In this document: piece by piece, positions 19,773 to 28,601 of the stretch
Numbering within the stretch: position 1 is the first letter of the stretch
How the letters are laid out: every line of letters starts with the position of its first letter
Assembly (NCBI GenBank): GCA_030018675.1
Contig: JASEHT010000003.1
Location: 1 to 39,219, forward strand
From: Smithella sp.
GTDB lineage: Bacteria > Desulfobacterota > Syntrophia > Syntrophales > Smithellaceae
DNA: 39,219 nucleotides
Direction: 5' to 3'
Position numbers and translations under genes: made by a program
The notes under the pieces: model-generated
Databases searched by the model: none
What the model was told of the DNA's origin: nothing
The model's input: only the letters and a program-made list of their open reading frames with translations

Positions 19773-20765
19773 ATGAAAGAACAGACATCTATCGAAAACA
19801 CCAAAGGACAGATCATTTTATATAAAAACAAACTGGAAGTCCGTTTGGCGGGAAATACTGTCTGGTTGAGCCAAGAGCAGATTGCTTCATTGTTTGGTAC
19901 GCAGCGTCCCGCTATTACAAAACATTTGGCAAATATATTCAAAAATAAAGAGTTAATAGAAAATTCAGTATGTTCCATTTTGGAACATACTGCTGCTGAC
20001 AATAAGGTTTATAAAATAAAGGTTTATAATCTTGATGCTGTTATTTCTGTCGGCTATCGTGTCAATTCACTACGCGGCACGCAATTCCGTATTTGGGCGA
20101 CCAATGTTTTGCGAAAGCATCTGGTGGACGGCTACACCATTAACGAAAAACGCCTGAAAGCTCAACAAAACAAAATCAATGAATTGCAGAGCGCTGTGCG
20201 CCTATTGGGTAATGTCGCGCTTCTGGAAGGCGTTTCCGATGAAGCGAAGGGAATTGTTCAAATCATATCCGAATACTCACGGGCATTGAATATTCTGGAC
20301 GACTTCGACCACCAGCGCCTTGCATCACCTAAAGGGACGAAAAAATCAAAATACACACTGACATACGAGGTAGCCAGAAGCATCATTGATCAGATGAAAA
20401 AGAAATTCCGGGATTCCGCTCTCGTCGGCCAGGAAAAAGACAACAGCTTTCAAGGCTCCATCGGTGCGATTTACCAGACATTCGACGGCAAAGACGTCTA
20501 TCCCACCACAGAAGACAAAGCGGCGCATCTGCTTTACTTCGTAACAAAGAATCACAGCTTTGTTGACGGCAACAAACGCATTGCCGCAGCAATCTTTATT
20601 TGTTTTCTTCAAAGAACCGGCATTTTGCTTGACAAAGACGGCAACAAACGCATTGACGATAATGCACTTGTTGCCCTAACGCTGATGATTGCCGCAAGCA
20701 AACCATCAGAAAAAGATACTATGATAAAAGTGATTTTGAATCTGTTAATGGAGAATAGGAGATAA
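19773..20765 (+). CDS. RhuM-like / Fic-Doc fusion protein
   Basis: N-terminal TVWLSQEQIASLF, ITKHLANIF, YNLDAVISVGYRVNS.RGTQFRIWA (RhuM); C-terminal HSFVDGNKRIA (Doc-type Fic motif). Confidence 0.9.
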   Translation: MKEQTSIENTKGQIILYKNKLEVRLAGNTVWLSQEQIASLFGTQRPAITKHLANIFKNKELIENSVCSILEHTAADNKVYKIKVYNLDAVISVGYRVNSLRGTQFRIWATNVLRKHLVDGYTINEKRLKAQQNKINELQSAVRLLGNVALLEGVSDEAKGIVQIISEYSRALNILDDFDHQRLASPKGTKKSKYTLTYEVARSIIDQMKKKFRDSALVGQEKDNSFQGSIGAIYQTFDGKDVYPTTEDKAAHLLYFVTKNHSFVDGNKRIAAAIFICFLQRTGILLDKDGNKRIDDNALVALTLMIAASKPSEKDTMIKVILNLLMENRR

Positions 20766-20830
20766 AGGATTAATAATTCATTAACGATGATGATAAAAAA
20801 CACAGGAAGAGGGAGAGGGAGGATTCACCC

Positions 20831-22696
20831 ATAAAAAAAATCTTAGGCATTTCTGCTTTTTACCATGATTCAGCCGCCGCTATGTTAATAGACGGCGAGG
20901 TTGTTGCCGCAGCCCAGGAAGAAAGATTTACGCGCATTAAACACACGCCGGATTTTCCGAGCCAGGCCATCAGATATTGTCTGGAGTATTCGGGATGCAG
21001 CATTGATGAGCTTGATGCGGTAGTCTTTTACGATAAGCCGTTGCTGAAATTCGAAAGATTGTTGGAAACTTATTATGCTTTCGCGCCAAAAGGATTGCGT
21101 CAGTTTATTATGGCAATACCGGTCTGGCTGAAAGAAAAAATGTTTCTGAAAAAATTATTGTATGACGGTTTGGCGGAAATTGAGCCATGCGATAAGAAAA
21201 AATTACTGCTTTTGTTTTCCGAGCATCATCTGTCCCATGCAGCAAGCGCGTTTTATCCGTCGCCTTACAAAGAAGCTGCGATATTAACTATTGACGGTGT
21301 CGGCGAATGGGCGACCGCGGCGATTTCTCACGGCAAAGATGAAAAAATAAAAATGATCAAGGAAATGCGATTCCCTCATTCCGTGGGTCTGCTTTACTCT
21401 GCATTTACCTATTATCTTGGCTTTCGGGTCAATTCCGGAGAATATAAGCTGATGGGTCTGGCTCCCTATGGAAATCCTCACGAGCAGCAAACCCTCGAGT
21501 TCATTCAATTAATCAAAAATAATATTGTATCCATCAAAGAGGATGGTTCCATCTGGTTAAATCAGGATTATTTCGATTACGCGACCGGTTTAAGAATGGT
21601 TAATGAGAAAAAATGGAAAAAGCTTTTTGGATTTCCGGCCGTCGAACCGGATGGAAAGATCGAACAGAAACATTGTAACCTTGCCTATGCGATTCAAAAC
21701 GTCACTGAAGATATCGTCATAAAAATGGCAAGAGAAGCAAAAAAAATAACCCAATCCGATTATCTCTGTCTTTCAGGCGGCGTTGCTTTGAACTGTGTGG
21801 CTAACGGCAGACTGCTCAGAGAAAAAATATTTAAGGATATCTTTATTCAACCGGCAGCAGGCGACGCCGGCGGCGCTTTAGGCGCTGCGCAGATCGCTCA
21901 TTTTATGTATTTTGAACAGGAACGTAAACTTTCTTCAAGCAGTGATTTAATGCAGGGTTCCTATCTCGGGCCGGAATTCTCCGATAAGGAAGCCGTCATG
22001 GCTTTTAAAAAGCATAAGGCGGTTTATAACCGGGCAGAGTCTTATGATGCTTTGTCTCGGGAGGTCGCGGAATTGATAGACAAAGGTCATGTGATCGGCT
22101 GGTTTCAGGGAAGGATGGAGTTCGGGCCGAGAGCGCTCGGCAACCGAAGTATATTAGCGGATCCCCGAAACAGAGAAATGCAGAAGAAGCTGAATCTGAA
22201 AATTAAATACCGGGAAGGTTTCCGACCTTTTGCGCCTTCGGTTCTTTTTGAGGACAAGAATGATTATTTTGATCTTCCGGTGGCCTCGCCGTACATGCTG
22301 CTGATTGCGGAAGTAAAAAAAGAAAGAAGGAAGCCGCTTCCTGATAATTATAATAACCTTGACCTCTGGGAAAAGCTCTATTATGAAAGAAGCGATGTTC
22401 AGTCGATTACGCATCTTGATTTTTCCGCGCGGGTGCAAACGGTTCACAAGGAAACGAATCTGAGATTTTGGAAGTTAATCAATGCGTTCAAGGAAAAAAC
22501 GGGATATGGAATATTGGTCAACACAAGTTTTAATGTTCGGGGAGAACCGGTCGTCTGCACCCCTGAAGATGCATATAAATGCTTTATGCGCACAGAAATG
22601 GACTACCTTGTCGTCAATGACTTCTTATTGAAGAAAACGGATCAGCCTGATTGGGAAAATCGGGAAAAATGGATTGTTAAATTTAAAAAGGATTAA
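20831..22696 (+). CDS. NodU/CmcH-family O-carbamoyltransferase (SxtI-like)
   Basis: ILGISAFYHDSAAA (upstream of the ORF-track ATG at 20882), QEERFTR.KH, EHHLSHAAS, DGVGE, EYKLMGLA, GRMEFGPRALGNRS, NTSFN. Apparent ATA start at 20831. Confidence 0.93.
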   Translation: MKKILGISAFYHDSAAAMLIDGEVVAAAQEERFTRIKHTPDFPSQAIRYCLEYSGCSIDELDAVVFYDKPLLKFERLLETYYAFAPKGLRQFIMAIPVWLKEKMFLKKLLYDGLAEIEPCDKKKLLLLFSEHHLSHAASAFYPSPYKEAAILTIDGVGEWATAAISHGKDEKIKMIKEMRFPHSVGLLYSAFTYYLGFRVNSGEYKLMGLAPYGNPHEQQTLEFIQLIKNNIVSIKEDGSIWLNQDYFDYATGLRMVNEKKWKKLFGFPAVEPDGKIEQKHCNLAYAIQNVTEDIVIKMAREAKKITQSDYLCLSGGVALNCVANGRLLREKIFKDIFIQPAAGDAGGALGAAQIAHFMYFEQERKLSSSSDLMQGSYLGPEFSDKEAVMAFKKHKAVYNRAESYDALSREVAELIDKGHVIGWFQGRMEFGPRALGNRSILADPRNREMQKKLNLKIKYREGFRPFAPSVLFEDKNDYFDLPVASPYMLLIAEVKKERRKPLPDNYNNLDLWEKLYYERSDVQSITHLDFSARVQTVHKETNLRFWKLINAFKEKTGYGILVNTSFNVRGEPVVCTPEDAYKCFMRTEMDYLVVNDFLLKKTDQPDWENREKWIVKFKKD

Positions 22697-22699
22697 TTT

Positions 22700-22849
22700 A
22701 TGGATATTTTTAAAGACCTGTGGAATTTTATGAAGGAGCGAAAAAAATTCTGGCTGGCTCCTATTATCATTGTGTTGCTGCTGTTGGGCGTATTACTGGT
22801 TTTCGGCGGAGGCACTGCCGTTGCGCCGTTTATTTACACCTTGTTTTAA
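22700..22849 (+). CDS. DUF5989 / SxtK-like small membrane protein (49 aa, not in the ORF track)
   Basis: Translates MDIFKDLWNFMKERKKFWLAPIIIVLLLLGVLLVFGGGTAVAPFIYTLF*, with the family signature RKK.WL.P...APFIY.LF. Confidence 0.92.
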   Translation: MDIFKDLWNFMKERKKFWLAPIIIVLLLLGVLLVFGGGTAVAPFIYTLF

Positions 22850-22860
22850 GTTGACGCATT

Positions 22861-23220
22861 ATGAATAAAAATACCTCAAAATCAACCATTCTCGTCATCT
22901 CGATGGGATTTTTGGTGCTTTATCTTGTCTTCTCATGGAAATGGTCTGTGTTTGTATCCCTCGCTGTGGGGATGACCGGGATAATCTCAAATTCTTTAAG
23001 CGTGCTTATAGAAAAGGGATGGATGAAACTAAGTCATATTTTAAGTCACATCATTCCTCCTGTATTATTAGGAGCTGTTTTTTATCTTTTCTTGTTTCCC
23101 CTTTCTCTTGTTTCAAAAATATTTACCAAAGATCCTTTGATGCTTTCCCCTCAACATAAAACGTATTTCATTCAAATCGATAAAAGCGTGGACAAAAAAA
23201 GTTTTGAAAAAATCTGGTAA
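22861..23220 (+). CDS. SxtJ-family membrane protein
   Basis: Two TM helices then W.KL...L..I...VLLG..FYLFL.P.....K....DPL, ending FEK.W; follows the carbamoyltransferase and DUF5989 genes. Confidence 0.85.
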   Translation: MNKNTSKSTILVISMGFLVLYLVFSWKWSVFVSLAVGMTGIISNSLSVLIEKGWMKLSHILSHIIPPVLLGAVFYLFLFPLSLVSKIFTKDPLMLSPQHKTYFIQIDKSVDKKSFEKIW

Positions 23221-23508
23221 GAATGACCGTTTGCCTCCCATCCTGCCATAGCCAAGAAGCCGCTTTTCAATAAGAAGGGAAATCTGATTCCATCGAATAC
23301 CTTAAGGTTATAACGGAGAACTCCCCAAACATTTCGAAATTACAATGGGAATGGCGTCCCATCTTCACAATAGATTTCAGATATGAATAGTGATAAAATA
23401 AGAAAAAAAATAATTTTAATATCCAGCCTTGCAAGGGGTAATTATCAGACTATTTCCAAAATCCCGTTTTTCAAAAGAGCGGGACGTTTTTTACTGGAGG
23501 AATTTGTG

Positions 23509-23700
23509 ATGAAAAACAAAGAACTCGGCAGGGACGAAATGATTCAAAAGTTGGTGGAATCCGATTTGGAAGGCATCACCATGGGAAAAAGCATCAAGTT
23601 TCTTAAACGTATTCTTTACGATGGTTGGAAAGGCTATAATGAAATGTCCGACATTGAGTTACAAGATGCGTATCAACACAGAGAATTTGAGAATAAATGA
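23509..23700 (+). CDS. Small hypothetical protein (about 63 aa)
   Basis: GGAGG SD at 23496-23500 before GTG 23506 / ATG 23509; charged helical sequence; ORF track extends it to 23383. Confidence 0.6.
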   Translation: MKNKELGRDEMIQKLVESDLEGITMGKSIKFLKRILYDGWKGYNEMSDIELQDAYQHREFENK

Positions 23701-23731
23701 TACATAACCAGCGGGAGTTCTCCTGATGAAA

Positions 23732-24226
23732 TCAATTTTCTCTGAGGATAAGATCAACCAAGCGATTTATACCGAGGATTCCGAGAATGAAGATTCCGCC
23801 AAACACAAGTTCAACGCCCATCCATATAAAAGGAGAGACGTTTGATGCAGGCAGCGCGATGGCAGAGACCAGAAAAAACATGAAAGCGAAAGCGTTAAAA
23901 ACATAGGGGAGGGTATCTTTCATCAGAACGATGGCGAAAACAAACAGTCCAATGAAGGTGAGTTTGGCCGCTTCATGTCCGATGACAGGCTGAAAGATTT
24001 CAATAAAAGCAGTGCTCAACATAACGCAAGATATTCCCGTGAGTCCGCCAATGAGGATGTTGGGAGCCTGCTTGATGTCTTCATGGGCGACGAAAAAGAA
24101 GATCATCACCATAAAAGCAGGCCAGGCCGGAAGAGAAAGCCGGGCAATAATCAACTCAAAAATAATGATGAACACAACCAGCAAAAGTCCGAATAATAAA
24201 CCTTTTTTTGTAAATATTTTATCCAT
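23732..24226 (-). CDS. Polytopic membrane protein (DUF1097-like)
   Basis: About six hydrophobic helices, LPAWPAFM..IFFF motif; has its own promoter. Family call is tentative. Confidence 0.75.
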   Translation of the reverse strand: MDKIFTKKGLLFGLLLVVFIIIFELIIARLSLPAWPAFMVMIFFFVAHEDIKQAPNILIGGLTGISCVMLSTAFIEIFQPVIGHEAAKLTFIGLFVFAIVLMKDTLPYVFNAFAFMFFLVSAIALPASNVSPFIWMGVELVFGGIFILGILGINRLVDLILREN

Positions 24227-24262
24227 GATAAAGTTCCATAAAAATTTAATATTGTCGTCAGG

Positions 24263-24291
24263 AGAATAGAAAATAGCTGATTATATGTCAA
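24263..24291 (-). promoter_or_regulatory. sigma70-type promoter for the 23732-24226 gene
   Basis: Minus strand TTGACA (24291-24286), 17 nt, TATTCT (24268-24263). Confidence 0.65.
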
Positions 24292-24457
24292 GAACTATGA
24301 AATGTTTTGTGTGCATAATAAAGACAATCAAACTCATGATACGGAAAAAGAATATCAGTGAATATTTTATAATTTATTGAAAAGGTGCTAGTATAGAAAC
24401 TAGGAAGAGGATTGGGTGAAGTCATAATTCAATGTGTGTTAAACAAGCAAAGGAGAC

Positions 24458-25243
24458 ATGTTGATGAAAAAGTGCCCCTATTGCGAAGAATGGAACAATG
24501 ATGATGAAATTCAATGCCGCAAATGCCATGAATGGCTTGATGTGATACCAGTTGAAGAAAAGAAGGAAGCAGAAAATGATTTCCTGACAAAATTTAAAGA
24601 ACTAGGGAAGTCATACACCATCTTCATTCTACTGCTTTTTGTGATCATTATTATCTTCCTGTTTAATTTTCTGTCCAAAGACGATTTAGCAAAAAACGGC
24701 CACGACACTCAAGGAATAGGTGCGCCGCTCAAAGAAGAATCCGCTTCTAAATTGGGCGAAAGATATCCGGTTGATTCCGGACTAAGTCCGGCGCAGGCAT
24801 TAATGAAAAAGGCGAAAGAGTTGTGCTCATCAGATGGTGCCTGTTCAGGGGAGGCTATCCAATACCTGACAGAAGCCATCAGGCTGGAACCGGATAATCC
24901 CGCCGCCTTCATTTTAAGGGGCGAAGCCTACTATAAAACCGGGCAGACCACACTCGCTGTTGACGATCTGACGAACGCCATCCGCATGGAACCGGCAAAC
25001 ACTCCTGCTTACGCTTTGCGTGGTTTTGCCTATGGTGACATGGCCCAATATGATCTTGCTGTTCAGGATTTTGACAAGGCAATTCTCTTAAGTCCCGGCA
25101 CGGCATCTTATTACAAAGGGCGGGGGGACATTGATTTGTTCTCAAATAAAATAGCCGAAGCCTGCCAATCCTTTAAAAAAGCGTGTGAATATGGCGTCTG
25201 CGAAGCGTTACAGGAACAAAAAGATCAGGGGAATTGTCTATAG
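24458..25243 (+). CDS. Zinc-ribbon + TM + TPR protein
   Basis: CPYC..CRKC at the N-terminus, one TM helix, TPR repeats (A...RG.AY...G....A..D...AI.L.P), C-terminal AC..FKKAC.YG.C; AAGGAG SD. Confidence 0.85.
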   Translation: MLMKKCPYCEEWNNDDEIQCRKCHEWLDVIPVEEKKEAENDFLTKFKELGKSYTIFILLLFVIIIIFLFNFLSKDDLAKNGHDTQGIGAPLKEESASKLGERYPVDSGLSPAQALMKKAKELCSSDGACSGEAIQYLTEAIRLEPDNPAAFILRGEAYYKTGQTTLAVDDLTNAIRMEPANTPAYALRGFAYGDMAQYDLAVQDFDKAILLSPGTASYYKGRGDIDLFSNKIAEACQSFKKACEYGVCEALQEQKDQGNCL

Positions 25244-25363
25244 ATAAATTTAAATAAGAATAGACTATTGAATGCGTTTCGTATAAAAATAATTAAACTA
25301 AAATATTATAATGAATTTCTTGTAAATATAGCGGTTGTTTGCTAATGAACCGGCAATTTTCCC

Positions 25364-26854
25364 GTGGAGGCTATGACGATTAATCTGATTCAATTATTGG
25401 AAGAAACTGTTCAAAATTACGCCGAACGCACTGCACTGATCAGCGATCAACAAGACATTAATTACCGGCAGTTAAATCAGGCTGTAAACGCTGTAGCCGC
25501 TTTGTTGCAGGAGTCGGGGATTCGCAAGGGCGATAAAGTTGCGATTATGCTTCCGAATGTTCCGGAGTTTGTTTACAGCTATTTCGGAACGATTAAAATC
25601 GGAGGGGTTGCCGTTCCACTGAACACGTCTTCCACGGCCTACGAATTAACCTATCTGCTTAATAACTCCGATGCAAAAGTATTGCTCACGTTTTCTTCAT
25701 ATGTAAAAAAATATGAAGACGCCGGGGGAGCGCTTACATCGTGTCAAAAGGTTATCGCTCTCGATTCATTGAATCAAAACGGAAGCCTGATCAATCACGA
25801 CTCAATCGATCAGTCCTTGTTTCGCTCGGTGGATGTACATCCGGAAGATATCGCAGCAATCATTTACACGGCAGGACTGACCGGCAGGCCGCTGGGCGCA
25901 ATGCTCACCCATCGGAATTTGTGCTCTCAGGCTGATATGATCCAATCCATTGTCAACAGAACACCGGATGATGTCGCGCTTTGTTTGATTCCGCTTTTTC
26001 ACACGTTCGGCGCCACAGTCAATATGCTTCTGGTTATTAGGGCAGCAGCTTCAATGGTGATGATGGAGAAGCTTACGATGGACAGTCTATTGAATACCAT
26101 AGAAAAACAAAAGATTACGTACATCGCGGCCGTTCCCCGTTTATATATAGGGATGATATTTTATGAGAAGACGATGAAATACGATTTAAGCTCTGTAAAA
26201 GTATGTGTCTCCGGCGGCGCACCGATCCCCGCTGAATTCTTAACCGTCTTTGAAGAAAAGTTTGGAAAAAAAATATACGAAGGTTATGGATTGACGGAAG
26301 CTTCTCCCGTTTGCTCCTTCAACCGGCTGGATACCAATCCCAGACCGGGTTCTATCGGAACGGCCATTCCCGGTATCGAGATCAAAATCGTTGACGACGA
26401 AGGCATGGAAATACCCCGGAATGAAATAGGGGAAGTGATCGTCAGAGGCGAAAATGTGATGAAGGGCTATTATAAAGAAGAAGCGGCTACAGATGCTGTC
26501 ATTAAGAAGGAGTGGCTGTACACCGGCGATTTGGGGAGAATGGACGAGACAGGATATATTTATCTTACGGGACTCAAGAAGCGGATGATTATCACCAGTG
26601 GTTTTAACGTATATCCCCGGGAAGTGGAAACGGTTCTGAACATGCATCCGGCTGTTCACACTTCCCTGGTCAGAGGAAAGGAAGATTTGATGCGCGGTGA
26701 GATAGTGAAAGCTAATATAGTTTTAAAAGATGGATACTATCCCGATGAAAAAGAAATTGTCCGTTTCTGTAAAACGTATCTTTCAAATTACAAGGTTCCC
26801 CGCGAGGTTGAATTCGTAAAAGAAATTCCCCTGTCGGAGGATATCAAAATATAA
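25364..26854 (+). CDS. Long-chain acyl-CoA ligase homologue (ANL superfamily) with atypical motifs
   Basis: GDKVAIMLPN, PLFH.FG, EGYGLTE, GEVIVRGENVMKGY, TGDLG, YKVPR. P-loop reads YTAGLTGRPLG. Start is GTG 25364 or ATG 25373. Confidence 0.85.
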   Translation: MEAMTINLIQLLEETVQNYAERTALISDQQDINYRQLNQAVNAVAALLQESGIRKGDKVAIMLPNVPEFVYSYFGTIKIGGVAVPLNTSSTAYELTYLLNNSDAKVLLTFSSYVKKYEDAGGALTSCQKVIALDSLNQNGSLINHDSIDQSLFRSVDVHPEDIAAIIYTAGLTGRPLGAMLTHRNLCSQADMIQSIVNRTPDDVALCLIPLFHTFGATVNMLLVIRAAASMVMMEKLTMDSLLNTIEKQKITYIAAVPRLYIGMIFYEKTMKYDLSSVKVCVSGGAPIPAEFLTVFEEKFGKKIYEGYGLTEASPVCSFNRLDTNPRPGSIGTAIPGIEIKIVDDEGMEIPRNEIGEVIVRGENVMKGYYKEEAATDAVIKKEWLYTGDLGRMDETGYIYLTGLKKRMIITSGFNVYPREVETVLNMHPAVHTSLVRGKEDLMRGEIVKANIVLKDGYYPDEKEIVRFCKTYLSNYKVPREVEFVKEIPLSEDIKI

Positions 26855-26956
26855 GAAATTCATTTTACTTCGGACACATCTCATTAAACGCAATAAGCGC
26901 TCGTTAAATTATTTGTAAAGTTTAACGCTTGCCTTTGATAAAAAGGAAATATTGTT

Positions 26957-27928
26957 ATGACCGGATTCAACCCGTCTCCTTTCTGGAAAAAACACGGTGT
27001 CGTCTTGGCCGCTATAGCCGTAATATTTGCTGTGTTGCTTATCACCAACATGAAAAATCTTTCTGAAGTATACAACAACGTCTCCGATCACCCCGGATAT
27101 TTCTCGGTAAAACAGGTAAGATCATCCGGCAAATCACTCTTGATGCCTGTGCCGAGGGAAGTATTAAACAAAGAAGGTGTGATAGAATTGACGAATAAAG
27201 AAAGGGTGAATTACGGGCTGACGTATCTGGAAGAAAACCATCTATTAAATATCATCGCGGCTTCGAGGGCGCAGGATATGCTTGAGAAACAGTATTTCGC
27301 CCACGTTTCGCCTATCGGCGAACAGGCTTCCGATATAGCGCGGACGGTCGGTTACGCCTATAAAATAATCGCGGAAAATATCGGCAGCGGTGATTTTTTA
27401 ACCAACCAGAAGATTGTGGACGGTTGGATGCAGAGTCCCGGACACAGAAATAATATTCTTTCCACGGAGGTGCGTGAAATAGGCGCGGCTGTGGCGAGGG
27501 GTAAAATGCACGGAAGGGATACTTTTGTAACCGTTCAGATATTCGGGTTGCCGTCGCCTCCTGTTAAACAAAAGGTGTGCGTTGCCCCGTCTGAAAAACA
27601 TTTGCATGATATTGAAGTTAAAAAGGCGGAAATAGAATCTCTGCAGAGCCAGATTGTCCGTCTGAAGAACGAGTTGGAAGCGGAGCAGGAATCTATAGAA
27701 CGTGATCGAAAATATATTTACAACGATGCCGAGAAAGCTCGGAATTTGAATGAAAGCATAAACGTCTTCAATGAAAAAAGCCGCTGGTACAACCGATTGG
27801 TTGGAGAAGCAAAAGCCAAAGCCGTGGTCGCGGAATCAATGGTTAACGAGTATAACCGAGTATTACAGACGTACAATGAGTGCAGCGCGGCATATGAGGG
27901 AGATTCCGAAATCAACGAAACGAAGTAA
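26957..27928 (+). CDS. CAP/SCP-domain protein with C-terminal coiled coil
   Basis: N-terminal TM; TN.ER, RAQDM..QYFAHVSP, AENIG, WMQSPGHRNNIL; heptad-rich tail flanked by Cys residues. Confidence 0.88.
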   Translation: MTGFNPSPFWKKHGVVLAAIAVIFAVLLITNMKNLSEVYNNVSDHPGYFSVKQVRSSGKSLLMPVPREVLNKEGVIELTNKERVNYGLTYLEENHLLNIIAASRAQDMLEKQYFAHVSPIGEQASDIARTVGYAYKIIAENIGSGDFLTNQKIVDGWMQSPGHRNNILSTEVREIGAAVARGKMHGRDTFVTVQIFGLPSPPVKQKVCVAPSEKHLHDIEVKKAEIESLQSQIVRLKNELEAEQESIERDRKYIYNDAEKARNLNESINVFNEKSRWYNRLVGEAKAKAVVAESMVNEYNRVLQTYNECSAAYEGDSEINETK

Positions 27929-28023
27929 ATTAATTGCGACACAGGGAACATATCGATAGAAGCAACTTGTTGACATAGAAAACTTTACAGTTGGTTTTTA
28001 ATTCACATTTAGGGGGCATCGCA

Positions 28024-28581
28024 ATGGGAATGATTTCACGTGCGGAAGATTTCATGATCAGAAAGTCCGATTCGACATTCCTCATTGCGCTGTTTTTGTT
28101 CATTTATTTCACTTCACAAATCATCATCGGATCAATTCTGCATGAGATAGGCACGCTGAATGTTCTTGCTCTGCAAACAACCTTTTCCCGTGATATGTTC
28201 CTGTCCATAGCAGCAAGCTGGATGGCCTCCGGGGAAATCGAGATGTATTATAAACACTTCTATTTCGATTATTTACATCCTCTCTGGTACAGCATTCTGT
28301 TAAGTCTTTTGATCGCCAGGGGCTTCACACTTAATCATGTGAATCCTAAATTCAATTTCATGGTTTTAACCCCTTTCATGGCGGGATTATGCGACCTGGT
28401 GGAAAATTCCATGCATGTGTATATGTTAGCTGACCTTGACAGGGCAACACATTCCCTTGTGTGGTTTTCCGGACTGGCGGCTAATACAAAATGGTTTCTG
28501 GCCTTCCTCGGGTTAGGAACATCGGTTTTTCTGATTGGTCTTTGGCTTGTTAAAAGATACATTCTAAAGCGGAACGCATAG
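28024..28581 (+). CDS. Hypothetical four-TM membrane protein
   Basis: Hydrophobic helices with the AGLCDLVEN (D..EN) and KW motifs; AGGGGG SD before ATG 28024. Confidence 0.72.
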   Translation: MGMISRAEDFMIRKSDSTFLIALFLFIYFTSQIIIGSILHEIGTLNVLALQTTFSRDMFLSIAASWMASGEIEMYYKHFYFDYLHPLWYSILLSLLIARGFTLNHVNPKFNFMVLTPFMAGLCDLVENSMHVYMLADLDRATHSLVWFSGLAANTKWFLAFLGLGTSVFLIGLWLVKRYILKRNA

Positions 28582-28601
28582 GCATATAGGAGAAGAATCA
28601 T

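Noticed and set aside
20831-23220. Saxitoxin biosynthesis
   Set aside because: No sxtA, sxtG or other core genes are present, and the I/J/K-like trio is widespread outside toxin clusters.
23221-23382. Fluoride-riboswitch-like GGAGTTCTCC...AACC on the minus strand
   Set aside because: Lacks the GAUGG and GCUnAUGAC elements, and no suitable gene lies downstream on that strand.
26902-26927. CGTTAAA...TTTAACG inverted repeat upstream of the CAP gene (attC or operator?)
   Set aside because: Too short and lacks attC architecture; AT-rich single instance that cannot be distinguished from chance.
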